Source: a virus. Taken from it: a stretch of DNA of 64,000 nucleotides. The notes under the pieces were generated by a model that ran no database searches, was not told the DNA's origin, and saw only the letters and a program-made list of their open reading frames with translations. The DNA lies in IMG/VR virus record IMGVR_UViG_3300028008_001363, positions 1 to 64,000 of that record; one strand, written 5' to 3'. The position numbers and the translations under genes are program-made. Of this stretch, positions 37,473 to 47,100 are shown in pieces (position 1 is the first letter of the stretch; every line of letters starts with the position of its first letter).

Positions 37473-38339
37473 ATGAACTTATTTGAATTGACACAATCTA
37501 AAGCCGCACAATCAGAAGTTATTTCTGAGGGTGGTTCTATGCCAGGTGTCGGTGCTATTCATATTGATGAAATCAATCCAACACTTATTCCATTAGAGAA
37601 AGAGTTAGGTATCGATTTAAGAAACAATGCATTAGGTAGTGTTGGTAAAAGAGAATTCAGTGGCGACATTGATGTTGCATTAAAGATTGATGCAGACAAG
37701 ATACCAGAATTCGTAGAAAGACTTAAAAAAAGTAGCCAAATAATGGACATTGCAAAGTCAAGTGTGATTATGACAAAGGTTAAAATCATGGACTTTGATA
37801 AGACTAAAGAAGATGGTAGACCAAGAACTGGATATGTTCAAGTAGATTTCATGCCAGGTGACCCAGATTGGTTAAAGACTTATTATCATTCACCAAATGA
37901 AAAAGATAGTCAGTACAAAGGTGTTTATCGTAATCTAATGATTGCCTCAATTGCTGGTAATTTAGATATAGAAAACAGTGAAGAAACAATTGATGACGGT
38001 AGACCACTTCAATCAAAAAGATTTATGTTTAGTCCGAGAGATGGACTAGTAAGAGTTTTGCGTAGACCAGTTCCAAAAGCATCAGGCAATGGATACACTA
38101 AGAAGAACAATAATAAAATTATCGATGGTCCGTGGAAGACAGCAGACTCGATTGCAAAGAATTTAAAACTAGATAATGGCGAAGACCTATATAGTTATGA
38201 GACATTAGTTACTGCAATTAAGAAGAACTTACCACCTGAAGACCAAAAGAATATATTCACAGCATTTACTAATAACAATACGATAAAAGACATGGGCATC
38301 CCACCAGATATCCAAGAGTATGCAAAGGGTGAATTATAA
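37473..38339 (+). CDS. Pol-beta-superfamily nucleotidyltransferase, putative head cargo
   Basis: LGSVGK...SGDIDVA and VQVDFM; leader ending VISE|GG. Confidence 0.7.
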   Translation: MNLFELTQSKAAQSEVISEGGSMPGVGAIHIDEINPTLIPLEKELGIDLRNNALGSVGKREFSGDIDVALKIDADKIPEFVERLKKSSQIMDIAKSSVIMTKVKIMDFDKTKEDGRPRTGYVQVDFMPGDPDWLKTYYHSPNEKDSQYKGVYRNLMIASIAGNLDIENSEETIDDGRPLQSKRFMFSPRDGLVRVLRRPVPKASGNGYTKKNNNKIIDGPWKTADSIAKNLKLDNGEDLYSYETLVTAIKKNLPPEDQKNIFTAFTNNNTIKDMGIPPDIQEYAKGEL

Positions 38340-39550
38340 TGAGACTAGATGAATTAGATAAGAAAATCACACAGTCTGACTTGGATGCATTAGAAGTATT
38401 CGCTGATAGAATATTTGGCAAAGTTGGTATTGATGTAGAATTTACACGTCACTTCTTAGACAGAGTAAACGATGACCGTAACGGTGAGCAAATTACTGGT
38501 AGTGAACTAACACGTCTATTCAAACAAGAATACAAACGTTGGGGTAAGCCAATCGCACAGATGGGTCCAGATGCTGAAGCAGTAATGAAAGATTTACAGA
38601 CAGATATCAATATGCCATTTGCATTAAGATGGGATAGAGATAACAATGAATTAGATTTGATTGTTAAAACTGTTATGCGTAAGAAAGACTTTAAAACATC
38701 TAACAAAGAATTCCCAGTAGAATCAATAGAAGAAAGTCCTTCAGTAATGTCATCACAACAAATGTTGACAAAACTATCAAAAGAAATGCAAGGCACACAT
38801 ACGGGCGCAATGAACCCAAACTCTGATTGGTCAAAGTTTGTTCTATCTCATAAAGGATTTACACTTAAAGATGTACAAGTTGACCAGATACCAACAGCCG
38901 TTAACAATGACGGAATGAGTCAGGCTAATATTGAAAAATATAAACAAGCAGATTTATCAAAATTCCCACCTATGGTAATAGGCAACGACGGATATATATT
39001 AGATGGTAATCATAGACTTCAAGCATATAAGGCACAGGGCATTAAAACAGTCAAAGCCTACATAGGCGAAGAATCTGAGATTTGGCAGTGGAACAAAGAA
39101 GACCCTAATAATCCTGAAGTATACATTCAAGGATATGGCAGACTTATGCTTAATCAAATAGAAGACAGTATAGTTGGCAAACTTAAAGAACTTACTAAGA
39201 TGGCAGAACGAGGCGACTTTGAACAAATACAAAGTCTATTAGATAGAGATGTTTTACAATTAATGATGAAATCAGTCGTTGATACAAAAGCAGAACTACA
39301 ATCAACTCGTAAAAGAGGTGGACCAAAATCTCGTGGTATTAATAAAGAATCTATATTTGATGCATTAGAAGATGATATGGCAGAAAAGTTCGATGCCGTA
39401 AAAAAGAGTGTAACAGAGTATGGTGTGGGTAAAGTCGTACCAGGAATTAATACTACTGTTGATGTTGGACCTAACGAAATTAAGAAACAAGCCGCTAAGT
39501 TCGGTAATAAAGTCAGTAAAGACGGGTTACCTAAGAAAAATTTACGATAA
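38339..39550 (+). CDS. Multi-module putative head cargo: RelE/BECR-like and ParB/Srx-like domains
   Basis: EFTRHFLDRV...IVKTVMRK; PPMVI...ILDGNHRL. Confidence 0.6.
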   Translation: MRLDELDKKITQSDLDALEVFADRIFGKVGIDVEFTRHFLDRVNDDRNGEQITGSELTRLFKQEYKRWGKPIAQMGPDAEAVMKDLQTDINMPFALRWDRDNNELDLIVKTVMRKKDFKTSNKEFPVESIEESPSVMSSQQMLTKLSKEMQGTHTGAMNPNSDWSKFVLSHKGFTLKDVQVDQIPTAVNNDGMSQANIEKYKQADLSKFPPMVIGNDGYILDGNHRLQAYKAQGIKTVKAYIGEESEIWQWNKEDPNNPEVYIQGYGRLMLNQIEDSIVGKLKELTKMAERGDFEQIQSLLDRDVLQLMMKSVVDTKAELQSTRKRGGPKSRGINKESIFDALEDDMAEKFDAVKKSVTEYGVGKVVPGINTTVDVGPNEIKKQAAKFGNKVSKDGLPKKNLR

Positions 39551-39561
39551 AAGGCTCACAA

Positions 39562-40791
39562 GTGTATAACAAAGATACCATGTGTTATAAAACTTGGAAT
39601 GATATTATCATATCGTTACCCAAGAAAACAGTTAGTTGGTGTTGTAAGACAAACTTAACTGAACAACAAACAAAAGAAACTACATTTGATTTAGATATCT
39701 TAAACAATAAAGGTATAGATTTTCTTTTCAATCATCCAATTCTTCAAAAGAGAAAAAAAGAACTAGCAACTGGTATAAGATGTGCAGATTGTCACGTATG
39801 TTGGGAATCAGAAGATAGGTCTGGAGAAAGTCATAGAACATTATATACTAATCATTCTGTTGAATTTGATTATGATACGCCTGCTACCTTTATTGAACTT
39901 GAACTGACAAACAAGTGTAATTTAGCCTGTGTATACTGTGGACCACAACTTAGTTCGAGGTGGCAAAAAGAATTAAAACAACGACATCCTGATACTGAAG
40001 ATGAAATATTTCATAAAGTAATGGATTTACTGGCTGAGTATTTCAATACCAAACTAACAAATAAACCATATATCAATATCAGTCTATTAGGTGGTGAGCC
40101 TTTCTTTACTGACCACATGTATGTATTCCTAGAATACCTTTCAAAATTCCATGTAAAATCTGAACAAGAAGTAACAGTTACAATCACAACTGGCATGGCT
40201 TTTCCTGAAAAGAAATTTACGAAATTTATTGAGTTAATTGAACGTACTCCTAACATAATATATATTATGCAGTTATCTGGAGAAGCAATTGATAAGAGAG
40301 CAGAACTAATTCGATGGGGTCTAAACTTTGAAACGTGGGACAATAACTTAGATATGTTCTTAACAGAGTCAGCAAGATTGAAGAATTTAGTTATAGGATT
40401 TGGTTGTGCCCATAATGCCTTATCTCTGCCGTATTTCAAAGACTTTCTTGTATACATTAATAAAAAACTGGCAAAACATGAATACAAATCTGTTGTGTGG
40501 TTTTTAATCAACTATATAGAAGACCCACAGCACTTATCCATATCAATGCTAAATAATTATCATGCAGATGCTGTAACAGAGCAGATAGAATATATGGAGA
40601 ATGAAATGACCAATCTTTATAAGAAAGATGAGTATATTACTATGCTGAGGTCACTCAGAAATCAAATTTTGAATGCGAATGTCACTACAGAGATGAAGCA
40701 AAATGCTTCAGATGAATTTAAAAGATTAGAAAATAGACGAAATATATCATTCAAATCTGAATTCCCGCACTTCGATGAACTAGTTAAATGA
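39562..40791 (+). CDS. Radical SAM protein
   Basis: CNLACVYC (CxxxCxxC), GGEPF; N-terminal Cys-rich C..CC..CxxCW. Confidence 0.9.
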   Translation: MYNKDTMCYKTWNDIIISLPKKTVSWCCKTNLTEQQTKETTFDLDILNNKGIDFLFNHPILQKRKKELATGIRCADCHVCWESEDRSGESHRTLYTNHSVEFDYDTPATFIELELTNKCNLACVYCGPQLSSRWQKELKQRHPDTEDEIFHKVMDLLAEYFNTKLTNKPYINISLLGGEPFFTDHMYVFLEYLSKFHVKSEQEVTVTITTGMAFPEKKFTKFIELIERTPNIIYIMQLSGEAIDKRAELIRWGLNFETWDNNLDMFLTESARLKNLVIGFGCAHNALSLPYFKDFLVYINKKLAKHEYKSVVWFLINYIEDPQHLSISMLNNYHADAVTEQIEYMENEMTNLYKKDEYITMLRSLRNQILNANVTTEMKQNASDEFKRLENRRNISFKSEFPHFDELVK

Positions 40792-40798
40792 CAATTTA

Positions 40799-40806
40799 GA
40801 TAAATA
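40799..40806 (+). promoter_or_regulatory. T4-like late promoter (leaderless geometry)
   Basis: GATAAATA 5 nt before ATG at 40812. Confidence 0.6.
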
Positions 40807-40811
40807 CTATT

Positions 40812-41015
40812 ATGAAAATATATGAAGTTATAGGCGAAACAACAGCAGGTGCAATCGCAACTGTGGCATCTCCATTAGGTGGCGGTGACCCTTCGGCTAG
40901 TGTATATAGTAAAAAGAAAAAGAGCAAGAAAAAGAAGGCTAAGATGGGATATAGTGCTGATGTAGGCAATTTATCATACAAGCATCCAGTCAAAACTCCA
41001 ATGATTAAAAGGTAG
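40812..41015 (+). CDS. Small basic putative internal head protein
   Basis: MKIYEVIGE leader followed by a Glu-free, Lys-rich body. Confidence 0.65.
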   Translation: MKIYEVIGETTAGAIATVASPLGGGDPSASVYSKKKKSKKKKAKMGYSADVGNLSYKHPVKTPMIKR

Positions 41016-41022
41016 AAGACTT

Positions 41023-43344
41023 ATGAAATTGACACAAATGATAGAACAAAAAGAACGTCCTTACGTGGTCTTTCACGCTAAAAAAGGCAAATATGAAACT
41101 CATGCAGTATCATCTTATGATGCGGCAAAGAATGCGGCTAAACATTGGAAATTAAAATCAACTGCTGGTGTTACACCAATGTTAGCGGATGTAGAACACG
41201 TTGCTGAAAAGTCAGATAAGAACTGTGGTTGTGGTCAAGACCCATGTGTAACATACGGTAATAAGTCACATCAAGCAGAATCTTATGACGACTATCATGG
41301 TGATATGTCTAAAGAAGAATATGACAAAACAGTAAAAGGTTCTGAAATGGAATATTCTGTTTGGGTTGGCGGTACTGAAGTCAGTGATAATTATTTACCA
41401 TATGACGAAGCAGTCAGATTATACGACAAATATAAAGCACAAGGCTATGATGATGTTCAGTTAGATGCTCGTATTAAAGAATCTGTAAATGAAGCAGAAA
41501 AGCGTTGGAAACAAACTAGTATGTCGCCAGCAGAAGCAGAAAAAGAATACGGTAAAGAAAACGTAAAAGTTAAAAAAGGTGCATTGCGTAATGGCGATGA
41601 CATGGTAGAAGTATTTGTTGAATCATATTCTCCAGGTGATGAGTACGCTGATTCAGAAGGCATGGTAAGTAATTGCTGTGGTGCTCCTATGATGGACTAT
41701 AACGATGGACATGGTAGATGTGGTGATTGTAAAGAAATGGCAGCCGGTGAATCTGAAGAAGAATTTTACGAAAGTTATAGTAACGATGGAAAAACAGTTA
41801 CTATATCAGATTACCAACCTGAAGGCGAAGCAAACGCACATAAGAAATTTAACTTGAGAAAGCAGATACACAGAGGCGAAGATGGCAAACTAATCAAATC
41901 GCCTTATGGTGGATATAAAGTTTCATTTCATGGTAGTGCAGAAGACGTAAAAGCATATGCTGAAAAGAACTTAGGTGAAGCATCTAAGAAACAAAAACCT
42001 TTCTATGACAAGCCACTTAAAGAAGAAGATGCAGAAGCAATTGCGGCTAGAGATGAATTCTTAAAAGTTATGGATATGAAACCAAAGAGTAGCAATAAAG
42101 CAATTGATACAATTAAAAAGATTGTAGCAGACAAACAAAATATGCAAGTCAAATTTGACGATGGCAAGATGAAAGTAGATTTATATACAGCATCAGCCGT
42201 TGTGGCAGTATACAATGCTGTAAACGATGCTAACAAAGAAAAAATTGATAATATGCTAAGAACTAAAGAAGGCATGCTTAGAATGTCAAACTTTGCATTT
42301 AGCAAACTTAAAGAAGGTATTGCAGAAGGCAAACGTATTGATGAGATTTTACCATTAGTTGGTGCGATAGCAGGCGCTATCGGTAGAAAAGTTGCTGGTG
42401 CGGCAGTTAAAAACGTTGCTAAAAAGGCAGCCGGTGCGGCAGCAATGGGTTCAGCAAATGCGGCTGGTAGTGCTATTGGTAATGCGGCACAAAGTTCAGG
42501 TATGAATGCTTCAGCAAAAGCAAAAGGCAAAAAACTTAATGCAGTTAAAGAAGCAGGCGGATATTATACACAACCAGTATACGACATGATTAAACAACAT
42601 GGTTATCCAAAAGTAATGCATAGATTACTATCTGCCTTAGATGCAGATGTAATACAGGATTTTATAAACCGTGAGCCAGACTTAAATGAAACAGTAAATG
42701 AAGCCGACATATTAGGCGATAATTATGCGAATGTATATTATGATTACAGTGAAAGTTTTTATATGATTGATGTATATAAAGATGGCAAAAAGGTAGAAGA
42801 ATATGATGATTACATTGGCGCAAATGAAGAAGGTGACCCAATCAAAGATAAGTTCTTAGAACTTGTTAAGAAAGCCGGTTTAGAACCAGAAGGACTTAAT
42901 CTTATATCAACAGGTGGCGATGAACCTGATGAATACGGTGTATTTAAGAATGGTAAATTCAACTGGGATAAGAATGAGGCATTACCTGCAGTAGGAACAG
43001 CAGTTGCTGGTGGTCTTAAGAAGGCCGCAGGTGCAGTTGGAAAATTAGCAAACAAGGCAGATACAGCGGCATTTGGTCTCAAAGCCAAATCAGGCGTTAA
43101 GTACAATGCAAATAGTCCACAAGGCAAAATGATTAGAAACATGGCTAAAAATGGCAAAACTCAAGGTGCTAGAAGCGATGCAAAGAAGGACCTAGTTAAA
43201 GGTACAGTTGCTGACTTGAAAAAGAAAGTCGGTGGTATTGGCGGTATTATGAAAACTGCGGCAGGTTCATCTGGTTTCTTACCAGCATCCAAACAGTTCG
43301 CACAAGACATGATTGAAAAAGCAATCAAGGACGCTGACAAATAA
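41023..43344 (+). CDS. Multi-module polyprotein, putative internal head cargo
   Basis: MKLTQMIE leader; abrupt compositional blocks separated by VNE/VKE/IDE/E-SY. Confidence 0.7.
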   Translation: MKLTQMIEQKERPYVVFHAKKGKYETHAVSSYDAAKNAAKHWKLKSTAGVTPMLADVEHVAEKSDKNCGCGQDPCVTYGNKSHQAESYDDYHGDMSKEEYDKTVKGSEMEYSVWVGGTEVSDNYLPYDEAVRLYDKYKAQGYDDVQLDARIKESVNEAEKRWKQTSMSPAEAEKEYGKENVKVKKGALRNGDDMVEVFVESYSPGDEYADSEGMVSNCCGAPMMDYNDGHGRCGDCKEMAAGESEEEFYESYSNDGKTVTISDYQPEGEANAHKKFNLRKQIHRGEDGKLIKSPYGGYKVSFHGSAEDVKAYAEKNLGEASKKQKPFYDKPLKEEDAEAIAARDEFLKVMDMKPKSSNKAIDTIKKIVADKQNMQVKFDDGKMKVDLYTASAVVAVYNAVNDANKEKIDNMLRTKEGMLRMSNFAFSKLKEGIAEGKRIDEILPLVGAIAGAIGRKVAGAAVKNVAKKAAGAAAMGSANAAGSAIGNAAQSSGMNASAKAKGKKLNAVKEAGGYYTQPVYDMIKQHGYPKVMHRLLSALDADVIQDFINREPDLNETVNEADILGDNYANVYYDYSESFYMIDVYKDGKKVEEYDDYIGANEEGDPIKDKFLELVKKAGLEPEGLNLISTGGDEPDEYGVFKNGKFNWDKNEALPAVGTAVAGGLKKAAGAVGKLANKADTAAFGLKAKSGVKYNANSPQGKMIRNMAKNGKTQGARSDAKKDLVKGTVADLKKKVGGIGGIMKTAAGSSGFLPASKQFAQDMIEKAIKDADK

Positions 43345-43357
43345 TCATAAAAACCTA

Positions 43358-43386
43358 TTGACTTTGTAAGTCACTTATGTTAATAT
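43358..43386 (+). promoter_or_regulatory. sigma70-like promoter for the replication operon
   Basis: TTGACT-17-TAATAT with TG extension. Confidence 0.55.
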
Positions 43387-43388
43387 AT

Positions 43389-43415
43389 AAAGAGTGTGTA
43401 AAAGCACTCTTTTTT
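43389..43415 (+). terminator. Intrinsic terminator-like hairpin
   Basis: AGAGTG-loop-CACTCT-TTTTT. Confidence 0.6.
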
Positions 43416-43440
43416 ATTGTCCAACTTATAGGAGATTTAT

Positions 43441-43701
43441 ATGTCAATTGACGCAATTAACGAAGAAGAAAAAGCAAAACTCATTCAATTAGTGAACGAA
43501 GGTTGTTTAGTTCTACAAGAATGTGAAGACCTGAAAGGTGGATTACGTGATACTGTAAGAGCAATTGCTGAAGAAATCGATGTTAAACCATCAGTATTGA
43601 ACAAAGCAATATCTGTGGCACACAAAGCCAAATTAGCAGAGACTCGTGCCGACTTTGAAGATATGGAAACTATCCTAGAAACAGTAGGTCGCACTCTTTG
43701 A
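43441..43701 (+). CDS. DsbA/GapR-like dsDNA-binding protein
   Basis: Helical 86 aa, L.DTV..IAEE.D.KP..LNKAI; immediately upstream of the polymerase. Confidence 0.6.
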   Translation: MSIDAINEEEKAKLIQLVNEGCLVLQECEDLKGGLRDTVRAIAEEIDVKPSVLNKAISVAHKAKLAETRADFEDMETILETVGRTL

Positions 43702-46505
43702 GTTATGTAGATGCTTTCTACAACAAAGACAAAGACATTGTTCAAGTTGTAGAACGAATTAAAGGTAAACGTGTTTACAGTGATTATCCAGCGTGGCGTA
43801 CTTTCTATGTGAAAGACCCACGTGGTGACCACACAAGTATTCACGGTGATAAAGTTCGTCAAATCAAATGTAAACGTCTCAAAGACCTCCATAAAGAACG
43901 AAAGATAAACGTAGGCAAAACATTTTACGAAAGTGATATGAAGCCTGAAGTTAAGTGTTTGAGTGAGAACTACAACGGCGTAGAATCACCAAAACTTAAT
44001 ACTGCTTTCTTCGATATTGAGACTGACTTTGATGCGACTAAAGGCTTCGCTGACCCTAGTGACCCGTTTATGGCAATCACAGCCATTACGGTTCATTTAC
44101 AATGGCTTGACTTACTTGTCACACTCGTAATCCCACCAAAGGGTATGCGTGAGGGCGAAGGCTTAGAAGAGGCACAACGCATTTGTTCACAATTCGAAAA
44201 CACAGAACTATACCTAAGTGAAGCAGATATGCTCAATGACTTCTTAGATGTGATTGAAGATGCTGATGTGTTGACTGGTTGGAACTCTGAAGGTTATGAT
44301 ATTCCATATACTGTTAATCGAATTACTAGAGTACTGAGTAAGTCACATACACGCAAGATGTGTTTGTGGGATTTAGTACCTCAGAAACGTAAGATTGTAA
44401 AATATGGTAAAGAACAAGAAACATTTGACTTGTTTGGTAGAATTCACCTCGACTACTTAGAACTCTATCGTAAGTATACTTACCACGAAATGCATTCATA
44501 TGCACTTGATACGATTGGTGAACATGAAGTAGGTGAACAAAAAGTTGCATATGATGGCACACTCGACCAGTTATATAACAATGACTTCTACAAATTCGTA
44601 GCCTATAACAGACAAGACGTTGCACTACTTGATAAGATTGATAAGAAACTAAGATTTATCGAATTAGCAAATGAGATTGCACACGATAATACAGTGAATA
44701 TCAAAACAACAATGGGTGCTGTTGCTGTTACTGAACAAGCAATCATTAACGAAGCACACAGACGAGGCATGGTTGTTCCTGACAGAAAAAGACGTGAATG
44801 GTCAGATGATGATGTTGATTTGAGTGATGAAGAATTACATGACTTAGAAATGCAAAAGGCCGCAGGTGCTTTCGTGGCAGTTCCTAAGAAAGGTTTACAG
44901 AAGTGGGTTGCAGGTATTGATATCAACTCTCTTTATCCATCAGTTATTCGTGCAATGAATATGTCGCCAGAAACTATCGCTGGACAACTAAGACCAGATT
45001 TGACTGAAAAGATGATTGGTGACCGAATTAAAGAAGGCAGAAAAACTGGTGCTAAAACATATGGGTCTTCTCAAGCATGGGATGAAACGTTTAGTTCAGA
45101 AGAGTTTCGTGTTCTAAATGAGAAAGACAAAGCAAGTAGAGTTACGTTAGTACTAGAAGATAGTCCATACGAAGACATGAAAACAACTCAAACAGTATCT
45201 GGTGCAGAAGCATATGACTTGATATTCAATAGCGGATTGAACTGGACTGTGACTGCAAATGGCACTATATTCAAACAAGATGTACAAGGTATTGTCCCTA
45301 GTTTGTTAGAACGTTGGTATGCAGAACGACAAGTGATGCAACAAAGCAAAAAGAAGGCTATTGCAGATGGTGATAAAGAACAAATCGCTTACTGGGATAA
45401 ACGACAGTTAGTTAAAAAGATTAACTTGAACTCTCTGTATGGTGCGTTGTTGAACCAAGGTTGTCGTTTCTATGATAAGCGTATTGGTCAGAGTACAACA
45501 CTTACGGGTCGTTGTATTACTCGACATATGGGTGCGAAAACAAATGAAGTTATCGCAGGTCATTACGACTATAAAGGTCCAGCAGTTATATATGGTGATA
45601 CAGACTCCATTTACTATTCAATGTATCCCGTGTACCAGCAAGAGATTGATGATGGTTCTATAGAGTGGACTAAAGACAAGGTCTTAGAGTTATATGACGA
45701 AGTAGCAAATCAAGTGAATGCTAGTTTTCCAGACTTTATGAAAACGTTCTTTAATGTTCCTAGAAAAGAAGGCGAGATTATCGTTGCTGGTCGTGAGAAC
45801 TGTGCCACACAAGGTATCTTTATTAAGAAGAAACGATATGCAATGCTTATCTATGATGATGATGGCGAACGCCGTGATATAGATGGCAAACCAGGAAAGA
45901 TTAAAGCGATGGGTCTTGACCTTAAACGTTCTGATACTCCTGGTTATATGCAAGATTTTCTCAGTGAAGTTCTACTGAAAGTATTGACTGAAGGAACACG
46001 TGAAGAAGTCATTAAAATGGTCAAAGAGTTTAAGAAAGAGTTTAGAGCAAAGCCAGGTTGGGAAAAAGGTTCTCAATCTCGTGTGAACAATTTGACTTCA
46101 TATAAGAACCGTGTGAATGCCGCTAAGAAGGCAATGGCTAAAGATATGAATGCGGGCGGTGATGCATCTAAGAAAGACAAAGTACATCTTCCTGGTCACG
46201 TGTCAGCCGCATTGAACTGGAATATGTTACGTGAACTTAACCAAGACAAGTATGCAGTAGAGATTGTAGATGGTATGAAGTGTATCATTTGTAAACTAAA
46301 ACCAAATACGTTCAAGTTAAAGAGTGTGGCATATCCAATTGATGCTACAAAGATACCACAATGGTTTCAGGATTTGCCATTCGACCACGAGTTAATGGAA
46401 CAAACGATTGTTGATAAGAAGTTAGACAACTTGATTGGTGTTTTGAATTGGGATATGAGTGATGCAAATGCATCCGAAACTTTTGACAACTTGTTTGATT
46501 TATAA
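43698..46505 (+). CDS. Family B DNA polymerase (gp43-like)
   Basis: DIETD exonuclease, DINSLYPS, KINLNSLYG, YGDTDS, KKRYA. Confidence 0.97.
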   Translation: MSYVDAFYNKDKDIVQVVERIKGKRVYSDYPAWRTFYVKDPRGDHTSIHGDKVRQIKCKRLKDLHKERKINVGKTFYESDMKPEVKCLSENYNGVESPKLNTAFFDIETDFDATKGFADPSDPFMAITAITVHLQWLDLLVTLVIPPKGMREGEGLEEAQRICSQFENTELYLSEADMLNDFLDVIEDADVLTGWNSEGYDIPYTVNRITRVLSKSHTRKMCLWDLVPQKRKIVKYGKEQETFDLFGRIHLDYLELYRKYTYHEMHSYALDTIGEHEVGEQKVAYDGTLDQLYNNDFYKFVAYNRQDVALLDKIDKKLRFIELANEIAHDNTVNIKTTMGAVAVTEQAIINEAHRRGMVVPDRKRREWSDDDVDLSDEELHDLEMQKAAGAFVAVPKKGLQKWVAGIDINSLYPSVIRAMNMSPETIAGQLRPDLTEKMIGDRIKEGRKTGAKTYGSSQAWDETFSSEEFRVLNEKDKASRVTLVLEDSPYEDMKTTQTVSGAEAYDLIFNSGLNWTVTANGTIFKQDVQGIVPSLLERWYAERQVMQQSKKKAIADGDKEQIAYWDKRQLVKKINLNSLYGALLNQGCRFYDKRIGQSTTLTGRCITRHMGAKTNEVIAGHYDYKGPAVIYGDTDSIYYSMYPVYQQEIDDGSIEWTKDKVLELYDEVANQVNASFPDFMKTFFNVPRKEGEIIVAGRENCATQGIFIKKKRYAMLIYDDDGERRDIDGKPGKIKAMGLDLKRSDTPGYMQDFLSEVLLKVLTEGTREEVIKMVKEFKKEFRAKPGWEKGSQSRVNNLTSYKNRVNAAKKAMAKDMNAGGDASKKDKVHLPGHVSAALNWNMLRELNQDKYAVEIVDGMKCIICKLKPNTFKLKSVAYPIDATKIPQWFQDLPFDHELMEQTIVDKKLDNLIGVLNWDMSDANASETFDNLFDL

Positions 46506-47047
46506 TGAGCAATACTTACACAGACTTGATTCAGAGACGGGCGAGAAACAAAGAGTCAGATGAATGTTATACACCATCTGACCAAGTTCAACCACTTCTG
46601 AAATACATCGATAAAGATAAAACTTATTATGAAGCGACTAGTGGAACATCTAATCTAATCGTAGATGGCTTTAACAACAATGGATATAAGATAGTACCAA
46701 GTGAGGGTAAAGACTTTTTCGATTGTGAGCCAGATGATGTGTATGATGGAATTATAACTAATCCACCATATAGTATCAAAGATAAGTTTATAGAACACTG
46801 CTATGCCCTAGGTAAACCATTCGCATTGTTATTGCCTGTAACGAGTTTTCAAGGTGGGAAACGAGGTAGAATGTTTATAGAGCATGGTATGTCTACACTT
46901 GTATATAATAATCGTGTAGACTTTACAGGAAAGGGTAATCCAACATTTGGTAATGCTTGGTTTATGCATGGGTTTTTACCCCCTAATACGATTTATTGGG
47001 TAGATAACCCTAAACAAAGTAAGAAAACCAAGTCAATTATAGGTTGA
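46505..47047 (+). CDS. Putative N6-adenine DNA methyltransferase
   Basis: DECYTP, DFF, IITNPPY motif IV. Confidence 0.7.
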   Translation: MSNTYTDLIQRRARNKESDECYTPSDQVQPLLKYIDKDKTYYEATSGTSNLIVDGFNNNGYKIVPSEGKDFFDCEPDDVYDGIITNPPYSIKDKFIEHCYALGKPFALLLPVTSFQGGKRGRMFIEHGMSTLVYNNRVDFTGKGNPTFGNAWFMHGFLPPNTIYWVDNPKQSKKTKSIIG

Positions 47048-47073
47048 CAAACGGTAATGGAATATGTTATAAT
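47044..47073 (+). promoter_or_regulatory. sigma70-like promoter
   Basis: TTGACA-18-TATAAT. Confidence 0.75.
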
Positions 47074-47100
47074 TAATGAAATCAATCAGGAGAACTAAAC

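Noticed and set aside
43698-46505. Intein or intron in the polymerase
   Set aside because: Normal length, continuous motifs, no splice-junction signatures
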